In this document: piece after piece, positions 50,292 to 58,977 of the stretch | Layout of the letters: the number at the start of each line of letters is the position of its first letter | Numbering within the stretch: position 1 is the stretch's first letter | NCBI GenBank assembly: GCA_963798485.1 | Contig: CAWCTR010000022.1 | Span: forward strand, 64,001-128,000 | Direction: 5' to 3' | DNA: 64,000 nt | Source of the DNA: an uncultured delta proteobacterium | GTDB taxonomy: Bacteria > Desulfobacterota > Desulfomonilia > UBA1062 | The notes under the pieces: generated by a model | Database searches by the model: none | The model's input: the letters and a program-made list of their open reading frames with translations, nothing else | Told to the model about the DNA's origin: nothing | Translations under genes and position numbers: made by a program

Positions 50292-50962
50292 GCGCTAAGA
50301 GGATACTCGTTGTGGACGATGAAGAGATCGTCCGCTATTCACTAAAGAATATCCTTACAACTAATGGGTTTGAGGTGGATGAAGTGGGGTCCGCCGAGGA
50401 TGCGCTCAAACTCCTCTATACCAAAGGCTTTCATCTGGTGCTTACCGACCTTGTGCTGGAAGGTATGGGCGGGCTTGAGTTACTGGAGAATGTCAAGGTT
50501 ATATCGCCGCGGACACTGGTTATCGTGATCACCGGCTATGGTTCCCTGAAGACCGCCGTGGCAGCGCTCAGACTCGGGGTATACGACTATCTCCTCAAGC
50601 CCTGCGACGAGAATGAACTCGTTTTGAGGGTGCGCAGGGCGCTTGAGATGCAGGGTTACGGCACGGAACAGAAGAAACTCCATGAATTAAGCGCCATTGC
50701 CAAGACCGCGGTGACGCTCTCGGACAAGATAAATACCCCTCTCAACATCATCATGGGCAACATCGAGATGCTCGAACTCAGCCCGGAGCTCGAGAGGAAT
50801 ACCAAGATTCAAGAAACACTCCATGTCATGGAAACGCAGATATTTGCCATTAAGAAGGTAATGGATAAGCTGGCCAGCCTCACGAACGCCGATACGAAAA
50901 GTTACCCGGCTTTAAGGGATTATGAGATTATTGATTTGACAAGCGAGGGGGCTAATGATTAG
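50288..50962 (+). CDS. REC protein with a C-terminal DHp-like helix lacking the phosphoacceptor His
   Basis: REC (VDDE, TDL, KP), then TAVTLSDKINTPLNIIMGNIEML; no ATPase domain. Confidence 0.85.
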   Translation: MSAKRILVVDDEEIVRYSLKNILTTNGFEVDEVGSAEDALKLLYTKGFHLVLTDLVLEGMGGLELLENVKVISPRTLVIVITGYGSLKTAVAALRLGVYDYLLKPCDENELVLRVRRALEMQGYGTEQKKLHELSAIAKTAVTLSDKINTPLNIIMGNIEMLELSPELERNTKIQETLHVMETQIFAIKKVMDKLASLTNADTKSYPALRDYEIIDLTSEGAND

Positions 50963-51350
50963 TTCAAAGCACATCCTGATTGTCGACGATTCCCAGGACC
51001 TGACCCATGTGATCGCGGATTTCCTAAGCATGTACGGGTACCAGGTCCATACGGCGAGAGATGGGTATGATGCCCTGGAATGTATGCACTCGCAGCAGAT
51101 CCAGGTCGTGGTGAGCGACATCCATATGCCTCGCATGGATGGGTTCACGCTGATGGGAGAGATAAGGACAAAGTATCCAGGAGTACCCATTGTCCTGATT
51201 ACGGGATTTTCCATAAGCGAGGCACAGAAAATGGCCTTTGAGCGCGGGGCTAATGCCTTTGTTGCAAAGCCCTTCAAACTCAAGGAACTCAAGCGTGTAA
51301 TAGAATCGGTTTCACAAGAGGTTATAACAACAACAGCATCCAGGAGGTAG
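50955..51350 (+). CDS. Single-domain (CheY-like) response regulator
   Basis: IVDD, SDIHMP, ITG, KPF. Confidence 0.92.
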   Translation: MISSKHILIVDDSQDLTHVIADFLSMYGYQVHTARDGYDALECMHSQQIQVVVSDIHMPRMDGFTLMGEIRTKYPGVPIVLITGFSISEAQKMAFERGANAFVAKPFKLKELKRVIESVSQEVITTTASRR

Positions 51351-51353
51351 ATA

Positions 51354-51812
51354 ATGAAGAAGACCAAGGTGAAGAAACCCCAGAAGATTCTCTGCTACAT
51401 CGATTATGCAAAGTACAGCACCTTTATTGTTGATTATGCATACCAGCTCTCTTGCCTTATTGATGCAGAGCTCTTTGTCCTTCATACCGTCACCGATATC
51501 AAGAGTGCTGCGGGTTTTTATGTCCCCCACATCAACACCGACAGGCTCGAAGAGGAAGTAGTAACGGCAGCCAAAGACAAGATGTATTCGATCTGCAACC
51601 AGGTGGGTGATGATGTGATCGATACGAAGCACAGGCTTGTCATGAGGGGGATCCCCCTTGATGTGATCAATAAGGTGATCAAGGACAAGTCAATTGAGCT
51701 GCTCATTATCAGCCATGAGGTTTCTAAAGGCGCCCTGGCTGGTTTCAGGAGCGATTATGCAGAGAAGTTCATAAAGAACCCATCGATTCCTTTCCTGGTC
51801 CTGCCGGTATAA
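51354..51812 (+). CDS. Universal stress protein (UspA family)
   Basis: KIL..ID, AEL.VLH, G.P...I, AEK.IK....P.LV.P. Confidence 0.85.
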   Translation: MKKTKVKKPQKILCYIDYAKYSTFIVDYAYQLSCLIDAELFVLHTVTDIKSAAGFYVPHINTDRLEEEVVTAAKDKMYSICNQVGDDVIDTKHRLVMRGIPLDVINKVIKDKSIELLIISHEVSKGALAGFRSDYAEKFIKNPSIPFLVLPV

Positions 51813-52446
51813 TAAGGCTTATTGATGACATGATCCCTGCTGTTGCCTGAGGCGGGATCTTTCCTTTTATGGACATCATTACTGTGGCGTCTGGTTTGAA
51901 CAAGAGCCCCAGAGACTGCTCCGGGGTATAGAAGACAAGGCCCTTATCTTCTCTTAGTATAAGGATACGGGCCCCATGAGTATTTTTCATCCAGGGCGGC
52001 ATGAGTGCGGCCTTAGCCCCCACCAGTGAAGGGTTATACCTGTGCCGCAGGATGGAAATCATGAGTTCATAGGTGTCCATCTTATCGATATCCCCGATAA
52101 AGACCCTCATGAAAGGGCTCTTCAGGGATGTCCTCCACTGACGCTCCCGGGGAAGGCCTTTTATGATTTCAATGGCCCCCCGGAGCTGCTTTCCGGCGGA
52201 ATAGAACTCGATGGCGCCACCCCTGACCGAGGAGTCGATACCGGTGGGGATGCATACGGATAGGCTATCTGAGTTCACGGATGAACAGGAAATTCTTGTA
52301 GCCTTTATGGCTTCCGGCATGAGGAACAGCTCAGGGGAGTTTCTCATGCTCATCCCCATATAGTATGCATAGATCGACAGCGCGATGATGAAGATACCGA
52401 AAAAGAAACGGGGGGTGTCTTGGGCTGGTTTCTTATTTAGAACCAT
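51769..52446 (-). CDS. Hypothetical membrane-anchored protein
   Basis: 225-aa ORF with a single N-terminal TM helix; overlaps the upstream ORF. Confidence 0.55.
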   Translation of the reverse strand: MVLNKKPAQDTPRFFFGIFIIALSIYAYYMGMSMRNSPELFLMPEAIKATRISCSSVNSDSLSVCIPTGIDSSVRGGAIEFYSAGKQLRGAIEIIKGLPRERQWRTSLKSPFMRVFIGDIDKMDTYELMISILRHRYNPSLVGAKAALMPPWMKNTHGARILILREDKGLVFYTPEQSLGLLFKPDATVMMSIKGKIPPQATAGIMSSISLIIPAGPGKESMGSL

Positions 52447-52730
52447 TTGGGATGGATGGGTTTGTTGGAGAAAGATTCCTTGTTAATGCGCTCGTAGTCC
52501 TTCCTTATAGGGGGCCCTTCGAGGTATTCATGCATGCGTTCTTCAGTCATGGCCTCCCGTTCCTGCTCAGGAGGCCTGTCTGCATTCTTGCCGGCGGCAG
52601 TGTATTGCCCGAGGCGTTTCAGCAGTGCGGGAAGAACCAGAAAGAGGAGGAGGAGAATGATAGGAAGGAATGAATTAGTGTCAATGGCAAAGGAATTTCT
52701 TTCCATAATCATACGATAATAACATAACAA
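52437..52730 (-). CDS. Small hypothetical membrane protein
   Basis: One TM helix and a charged tail ending PIHPKWF; start uncertain. Confidence 0.5.
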   Translation of the reverse strand: MLCYYRMIMERNSFAIDTNSFLPIILLLLFLVLPALLKRLGQYTAAGKNADRPPEQEREAMTEERMHEYLEGPPIRKDYERINKESFSNKPIHPKWF

Positions 52731-52787
52731 TCAAGCGAGTAAACACAAAAAATCTTCGTAGTGCCTGATGACTCCGTTTAGTCGCTC

Positions 52788-53375
52788 CTAAGAAACTCCT
52801 TGTATGGATGTTATGATCTGCGTCCAGAGTTCATCCATGCCGTCACCCGTAGAGGCGGAGGTTATAACCAGAGACAGCCCGCACTGCCTCGAAATCTCTG
52901 ATGCACGCTTGAGACGCTTTGAGTAGTTCAGCTTGTCGGTCTTGGTGGCAACGAGAACGACCTTGGCCGGGCTTTTAGCCATGAGTTCAATGAGCATTCG
53001 CTCTTCATCCTCAAGGTCGCGGCGGATGTCTACAAGGAGCATGACAAGCCTCAGTTCGTGGTTGTTCGAAAGATATTTGGAAATCAGCTCGCCCCATTCA
53101 TGACTCATGGTCTTGGATACCTTGGCGTAGCCATAGCCAGGCAGGTCCACCAGATAGATTGAGGGCAGGTCCACCAGATCCACTTTAAAGAAATTGACGG
53201 CCCTGGTCTTGCCCGGAACCTTGCTTATCCTTACAAGGGCCTTCCGGTTCAGCAGTTTGTTGATGAGCGAAGACTTGCCCACATTCGACCTTCCTGCAAA
53301 GGCGAATTGAGGAAGCCCTGCTGAATGATGGGGGAAGACCCCGGCAAAGGATGCGTCACGAACCTTCACCTTCAT
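52788..53375 (-). CDS. engB: Ribosome biogenesis GTPase EngB/YihA
   Basis: GRSNVGKSSLIN, PGKTR, DLPGYGYAK, TKTDK. Confidence 0.95.
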   Translation of the reverse strand: MKVKVRDASFAGVFPHHSAGLPQFAFAGRSNVGKSSLINKLLNRKALVRISKVPGKTRAVNFFKVDLVDLPSIYLVDLPGYGYAKVSKTMSHEWGELISKYLSNNHELRLVMLLVDIRRDLEDEERMLIELMAKSPAKVVLVATKTDKLNYSKRLKRASEISRQCGLSLVITSASTGDGMDELWTQIITSIQGVS

Positions 53376-54514
53376 AGGCTTTTCAGATATGTTGCAACGC
53401 GGGAGATGCCTTCGATGATGTTCTTCTCCGAGTTGGCGTAAGAAAAGCGGATATACCCTTCAGCCCCGTGTCCGAAATCAATACCCGGGGTAACACCGAC
53501 GCCCGTATGCTCCAGGATGTCCATGGCAAACAAGCGGGAGTCCTTGGTGAAAGAGCCCATGTTCACCAGTACATAAAAGGCCCCGGTGGGCTCTACCTCA
53601 ACATTGAAGCCGTGCCTCTTCATCTCGGCAAGCATGACCTTCCTGCGACCTGCAAATATCCGATGCATGTTCTCCACATCAGCACCTGCCTTGGTCAGAG
53701 CTGCCACACCACCCCACTGGGCAATGGATGGGGCGCAGATTATGAGGCTCTGCTGGATCTTCTGGGCCGTACGGATCAGTGCCTTGGGAAATATTGCCCA
53801 GCCCAGCCTCCACCCTGTCATGGCATAGGCCTTGGAAAAGCCGTTGATTATAATGGCATTGTCCGTGAATTCCAGCATGGTGTGCTGATCACCGGTATAG
53901 ACCAGCCCGTGGTAGATCTCGTCGGATATAATGGGGATAGGCAGCTTGCTCAAGGCCTTCAGGTGCTCGACGTCCAGGCAAACGCCCGTGGGGTTTGCGG
54001 GTGAGTTGATGATCAGGGCCTTGGTTTTAGCGGTTATACGCTGCTTTACCTTGCCGGGGTCAAGCTGAAACCTATCCGATCTCCCTGTTCGGATGAGGCT
54101 GGGTTTGGCGCCCAGGACCTTGACGAAGTTCGGGTAGCAGGCATAGTACGGGTCGGTCATGATGACCTCGTCACCTGCGTCTAAGAGGCTGGATATGGCC
54201 ATGAGGAGTGCGGGCGACGAGCCTGCGGTGACAAGGATGCATTCCGCATCGATGGTGACGCCGTAGGTCTTTTTATAATGTGCCGTAAGGGCATGCCTGA
54301 GCTCCGGTATGCCGAGCGAGTCGGTGTAGTGGGTCCTGCCCTGATGCATGGCATTCGCCGCTGCCACGCGGATGCATTCCGGGGTGTCGAAATCGGGCTC
54401 GCCCACCTCCAGGTGGATGATGTCCCTGCCCGAGGCGGCAAGGGTATTGGCCTTTTCCATAACATCCATGACCAGAAAAGGCGCTATGGTTTGAGCTGTG
54501 CGGGATGGATCCAT
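53372..54514 (-). CDS. Class I/II PLP-dependent aminotransferase
   Basis: GEPDFDTP, NSPANPTG, SDEIY, GFSKAYAMTGWRLG; start taken at MDPSR (54514). Confidence 0.93.
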   Translation of the reverse strand: MDPSRTAQTIAPFLVMDVMEKANTLAASGRDIIHLEVGEPDFDTPECIRVAAANAMHQGRTHYTDSLGIPELRHALTAHYKKTYGVTIDAECILVTAGSSPALLMAISSLLDAGDEVIMTDPYYACYPNFVKVLGAKPSLIRTGRSDRFQLDPGKVKQRITAKTKALIINSPANPTGVCLDVEHLKALSKLPIPIISDEIYHGLVYTGDQHTMLEFTDNAIIINGFSKAYAMTGWRLGWAIFPKALIRTAQKIQQSLIICAPSIAQWGGVAALTKAGADVENMHRIFAGRRKVMLAEMKRHGFNVEVEPTGAFYVLVNMGSFTKDSRLFAMDILEHTGVGVTPGIDFGHGAEGYIRFSYANSEKNIIEGISRVATYLKSL

Positions 54515-54754
54515 GGTGTCCCTATAGCAGACCTTTATACAAAGGGTCAATTGAAGCAATAAGGCACCGAGGACTATACTTGTGCGCAATAATTTTGAGG
54601 AGGATCATAAACCTATTGACTCTTAGATATAACTATATTATATTGAATAAGACAAAATAATTTGCAATGCAATGTATTTGAAATCTATTCTCTGGGAATG
54701 AAGCAAGCTTTAAGTATAATAATGCTTCCTCTCGGATTAAATAGGGAAAATGTT

Positions 54755-55438
54755 ATGGTGAGGTCTTTACCATTTTTGGCTGTACTCATGTTACCCCTCT
54801 TGCTGTGTGCAATGACACCGCTCACAGAAACTGATCTTTCCAATGTTAGCAACCCCCTCAGCTTAAGCATCCTTCCCGACCATATAATGGAGATAAATAA
54901 TAAAACCATTACGAGGAATGATTCAGAAGGTCTCAACAAATTATTACCAACTTCATCAGGCTTAATGCTCCATTTTGACATGAATCTATTTGAAGACCTT
55001 GACGTGACCGCAGAAAGATATGCAACTAATAAACCGTTCTTCTCATTCCCCTGGTTCGGGGGTAATAATGATATTCTTAACAACGTTCAGATCTTTCTGA
55101 TTGATCCAGTTACCGGGAAAGATTGGACTACATCATCTTTTGAAGATGCTATTTTAAACAGATATCAGATATATCCTATTAATTCAATTACTTGTAAAGA
55201 TTACACTATAATAATCAATGCTGAAACACTCAATGCTGAAGACACGAATGAACCCAATAGCAATACTCAGGCTACAGGTACACCCTCTATAACACATTCC
55301 AATAATGACACACGTAATTCAAATAGTCCTTACATATATACTATAACGTCTGGCAATACCGATATGCGGGATACCTTCATCAATAAAACTAATACAACCA
55401 TCCAATCCGGCAGCTGGGTAGACATCAAGACTCGCTGA
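54755..55438 (+). CDS. AT-rich secreted hypothetical protein
   Basis: Signal peptide followed by AMTPLTETDLSNVS; Asn/Thr-rich; visibly lower GC than its neighbours; TTGACT-N17-TATATT promoter upstream. Confidence 0.6.
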   Translation: MVRSLPFLAVLMLPLLLCAMTPLTETDLSNVSNPLSLSILPDHIMEINNKTITRNDSEGLNKLLPTSSGLMLHFDMNLFEDLDVTAERYATNKPFFSFPWFGGNNDILNNVQIFLIDPVTGKDWTTSSFEDAILNRYQIYPINSITCKDYTIIINAETLNAEDTNEPNSNTQATGTPSITHSNNDTRNSNSPYIYTITSGNTDMRDTFINKTNTTIQSGSWVDIKTR

Positions 55439-55490
55439 ATCATACCCTTATGATGTAGCTAAGAGGTAAATCTAATACAAGTAAGGCATA

Positions 55491-55724
55491 CTATTTCTCC
55501 TCGTCCGCTTTTGGCGACTCACCTTCGATTTCCCGGAGTACCTTCACGATCTCGGCCTCGGTGGCCTTGAGCTTTTCGCGCAAGTAGCGGATCTTCCGGG
55601 CGGCCGTCTTAATGGCCGTTTCAAGCTCGTCAATGGGGATCTCGCCACGGTTCATCCGCGCCAGCGTTTCCTCAAGCTCCTTCAATACGTCCGAATATCC
55701 CTTGGCTTTTTTCATCTTTGTCAC
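55491..55724 (-). CDS. xseB: Exodeoxyribonuclease VII small subunit
   Basis: Y...LKELE..L..M..GEI.IDEL; follows xseA. Confidence 0.88.
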   Translation of the reverse strand: MTKMKKAKGYSDVLKELEETLARMNRGEIPIDELETAIKTAARKIRYLREKLKATEAEIVKVLREIEGESPKADEEK

Positions 55725-57181
55725 GGCTCCTTATCATATACCACGGAGTGGATCTTTCCCTTTGCAAGCACGGTTGTTATACGATCATCCCTGGTTGCAT
55801 CGTTCGAATCGCGTAAAGTCCTATTGTTTTTATCCAGAGTGATGCTGTATCCCCTTTGCAGGGTTACAGAGGGCTCCAGAAGAGAGAGGTCTTTCTCGTA
55901 GCCCGTTAGGGTCTTCAGGTTTTCAGCAAGGCCGTCGGATATTTCCTTGAGCATGAGGGCATGACGGCGCTGAAGTTCTCGCCCCAGGTGTTTCAGCAGC
56001 GCCGATGAGTTGAGCTTCATCCCGAGGGACGCCTGATCAAGGGTTGAGTACTGGGCATGAATGATTGTAGTTGCCTGATGGGTGAACACGGATAATACCT
56101 TCAGGAGGCGCCTGTCATGGGTGGCCATCAGGTTGAGGCCTCTGGTCAATAACGCAGATGCAGCGGCCTCGAGGTCGGAGCGGGCCCGGGATGAGTACCT
56201 CTGAGAAAGGAAGGCAAGGCGGGTGGCCGCCAAGCCTAAGCGCCCAGATGATTTGTTCAGGGCGCTCAGTGCTGAATAATTCAGAGTGGCTGATGCCTCT
56301 TCCAGAAATGAACAGACGCCTTCCATCTGAGTGACAAAGAAGAGCGCCGCTTCGGTAGGGGTGACAAAGTAACTGTGCGCAACCATGTCCGACACCGACA
56401 GGTCGATCTCATGGCCGATGCCGGTAAAAACAGGCTTGGAGCATGTTGCTATAGTGTGGCAGAGGCTGATGTCATCGAATACGAACAGGTCTGTCTTGGC
56501 TCCGCCGCCCCTGATGATGACGATCGTATCCACACCCGGGTATTTCTCAAGTGCCCTGATGCCCTGCGACACCTCTTTTATGGTGCTCTCGCCCTGCATG
56601 TGCGCATCATAGAGCGTGATACAAAAAGAAAAACCGCTTTTTAAGATGATGCTGGTGAAGTCCTGATAGGCGGCAGAACCCCTGGAGGTAATCAGACCGA
56701 TATGTAACGGTATCGCGCTCAGCTCCAGGGCCTTGTTTTTCTCCATAAGGCCCCCAGCCTTCAGGGTCTCAATGGTCTGCGCCCTTTGCTTGGCAATGGT
56801 GCCCAAGGTATAGCTCGGGTCAATCTCGCTGACGATAAGCTGGTAGCGGCCTTCCTTGACAAAGAGGTCCACCCTGGCCCTGAGTTTGACCGCTATGCCG
56901 CTTGTCAGTTCGAACGCCGGCATTCCAAGCGATGAGAGTGATCGCTGCCACGGCGCATAAGAGCCTCTGAAGAATGCGCAGCTCACCTTTGCAATGTATT
57001 GGTCCGAGGCAATAACAGGCTTCTCGACAAGGTCGAAGTAGATATGGCCGGATTTTGCATGGGCCTTCAACCCGTGGATCTCACCCACTACCCAGACGTC
57101 GGGCCCTAGGCCCACACTCAAGGCTTCGCGGGCGTGTTTGTTCAATTCACTGACGCTAAAGCAGGTCACAGCATTGGCCAT
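55721..57181 (-). CDS. xseA: Exodeoxyribonuclease VII large subunit
   Basis: WVVGEI, SGHIYF.L, RGGG, TGIGHE.D, TPT.AA, LQRGYSI. Confidence 0.93.
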   Translation of the reverse strand: MANAVTCFSVSELNKHAREALSVGLGPDVWVVGEIHGLKAHAKSGHIYFDLVEKPVIASDQYIAKVSCAFFRGSYAPWQRSLSSLGMPAFELTSGIAVKLRARVDLFVKEGRYQLIVSEIDPSYTLGTIAKQRAQTIETLKAGGLMEKNKALELSAIPLHIGLITSRGSAAYQDFTSIILKSGFSFCITLYDAHMQGESTIKEVSQGIRALEKYPGVDTIVIIRGGGAKTDLFVFDDISLCHTIATCSKPVFTGIGHEIDLSVSDMVAHSYFVTPTEAALFFVTQMEGVCSFLEEASATLNYSALSALNKSSGRLGLAATRLAFLSQRYSSRARSDLEAAASALLTRGLNLMATHDRRLLKVLSVFTHQATTIIHAQYSTLDQASLGMKLNSSALLKHLGRELQRRHALMLKEISDGLAENLKTLTGYEKDLSLLEPSVTLQRGYSITLDKNNRTLRDSNDATRDDRITTVLAKGKIHSVVYDKEP

Positions 57182-57279
57182 AGCAGAAAAGACACAATAT
57201 TTTCAAGCAAGCATTCCTTTTATTGACATGAATTTTCACCAAGGGTACATGACGTACAGCACATTTGGAGGAGATGCCC

Positions 57280-58062
57280 ATGGGATACCAGTTCATCAAG
57301 GCAGATATGAGAGAGAGAATAGCCTTCATCGAGATGGACCGCAAACACGAGCTGAATGCCCTGTCCTATGGGATGATGAAGGAGATCCACCAGGTTTTCA
57401 CCCATGTCCTGAACGAGTCTTCTGAAATCAGGCTTATCGTTTTGACCGGCGGTATAGAGTGCTTCTCTGCAGGCATTGACCTGAAAGAAGCCCCGCATTT
57501 CACCACCGAAGAGGCGGCGAATTATTTTCGGCTCGCGGTTGAGGTCTACTCCATGCTGCTGGATCAGGACAAGATCCTCATTACAGCAGTCAGCGGCATC
57601 GCCTTTGGTGGCGGGTTCAACCTTGCACTCATGGGCGACATCATCATTGCATCCGAGAGCGCTATCTTTGCCCACCCCGAGATCAAGTACGGCTTCAACC
57701 CTTTGCTCGCCCCGCTGGTTTACCGCATCGGCATCGCCAGGACCAAGGACCTGGCGCTAAGAGGCGAGCCCATAGGGGCGCGGGAGGCACAGACAATCGG
57801 ACTTGTGAATCGGGTAGTGGAACCCGAGCGCTTCCGGGAAGAGGTATTGAGCTGCGCCCAGCAGCTTGTGAACAGATCGCCGGAGGTGGTCAAGGCCATC
57901 AAGAGGAGTCTGGATGTGGTAAGCCGTCTCGATGCAAAGGCGGCGCTCGAATATGAGCTGGAGATGACCGCCATGCTCTTTAACATACGTGGAGACATCC
58001 GCGACAAGATGAAGGATGTCATTATGCACAAAGGGCAAGAAGATACCAAATGTGAGTCCTGA
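57280..58062 (+). CDS. Enoyl-CoA hydratase/isomerase (crotonase) family protein
   Basis: LNAL, FSAGIDL, AFGGG, PEIKYG, GLVNRVV; SD GGAGG 8 nt before ATG 57280. Confidence 0.9.
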   Translation: MGYQFIKADMRERIAFIEMDRKHELNALSYGMMKEIHQVFTHVLNESSEIRLIVLTGGIECFSAGIDLKEAPHFTTEEAANYFRLAVEVYSMLLDQDKILITAVSGIAFGGGFNLALMGDIIIASESAIFAHPEIKYGFNPLLAPLVYRIGIARTKDLALRGEPIGAREAQTIGLVNRVVEPERFREEVLSCAQQLVNRSPEVVKAIKRSLDVVSRLDAKAALEYELEMTAMLFNIRGDIRDKMKDVIMHKGQEDTKCES

Positions 58063-58705
58063 AGCCGTCCTTAACCCTCTCTATCTTCATCAGGTCCTGT
58101 ACGATCACTATGGCCCCTCAGGCTGGTGGCCCGGGGAGACCCCCTTTGAGGTAATGGTCGGTGCGGTGCTTACCCAGAACACTGCATGGACCAATGTGGA
58201 AAAGGCCATTATCAACCTCAAGGCGGCAAACCTCATGGACGCGGCCGCCATTGATAATGCCGAGGTGCCATACCTGGCTTCTCTCCTCAAGCCTTCGGGG
58301 TACTATAATATCAAGACCTCTCGACTGAGGAACCTGATTCGCATGATCATGACCTCACATTCAGGGGACCTGGATGATCTGTTTTCCCTTAAGCTGCATG
58401 CGCTTCGAACAGAGCTGCTGGGGGTGAGCGGCATCGGCAAGGAGACCGCAGACAGCATCTGCTGCTATGCCGCAGACAAATGCATCTTTGTCGTGGACGC
58501 CTACACGAGGCGTATCCTCATGCGGCATGGCATTATTACACAGCATGCCGGCTATGATGAAATCCAATCCCTCTTTGAGGCCGGCTTGCCCCGGAAGCTT
58601 GCGGTATACAAGGACATCCATGCCCACATCGTGTACATCGGCAAGGACTACTGCAAGACGAGAAACCCCTGCTGCGATGCCTGCCCCCTGAACGGGCTTA
58701 CTTAA
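58052..58705 (+). CDS. Endonuclease III-like HhH-GPD glycosylase
   Basis: WWPGETPFEVMVGAVLTQNT.W, GIGKETADSI, VVDAYT.R, C-terminal Cys cluster. Confidence 0.9.
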   Translation: MSPEAVLNPLYLHQVLYDHYGPSGWWPGETPFEVMVGAVLTQNTAWTNVEKAIINLKAANLMDAAAIDNAEVPYLASLLKPSGYYNIKTSRLRNLIRMIMTSHSGDLDDLFSLKLHALRTELLGVSGIGKETADSICCYAADKCIFVVDAYTRRILMRHGIITQHAGYDEIQSLFEAGLPRKLAVYKDIHAHIVYIGKDYCKTRNPCCDACPLNGLT

Positions 58706-58760
58706 CATATAATTCCATGGACGATAGGGGTTCTGCTTAAGGCCACTTTGTCTATCAGGC

Positions 58761-58861
58761 GAAATCCCCCTGAATCCCCCTTTAAAAAAGGGGGACTTGG
58801 AAAGACCTGACTGAGCTTGCATTCAGCCCCCCCTTTCATAAAGGGGGGCAGGGGGGATTTT
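58761..58861. repeat. Inverted pair of REP-like palindromes (BIME-like)
   Basis: GAAATCCCCCTGAATCCCCCTTTAAAAAAGGGGGACT (58761-58797) and rc AAAATCCCCCCTGCCCCCCTTTATGAAAGGGGGGGC (58826-58861). Confidence 0.75.
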
Positions 58862-58977
58862 CCAAGAGGCACGCATATCAAGCAGTTGCTGTAATACCTG
58901 AGCTGACTCTGACGTTTTCTTTGCCCTGATATCCCTTTCATGTTGAAAAGGGCCGCTGTTTGACCTAGAGGTTTAAG

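Noticed and set aside
57280-58062. Crotonase with GGGFN in place of the first catalytic Glu
   Set aside because: Single-Glu variants are common in this superfamily; not distinctive
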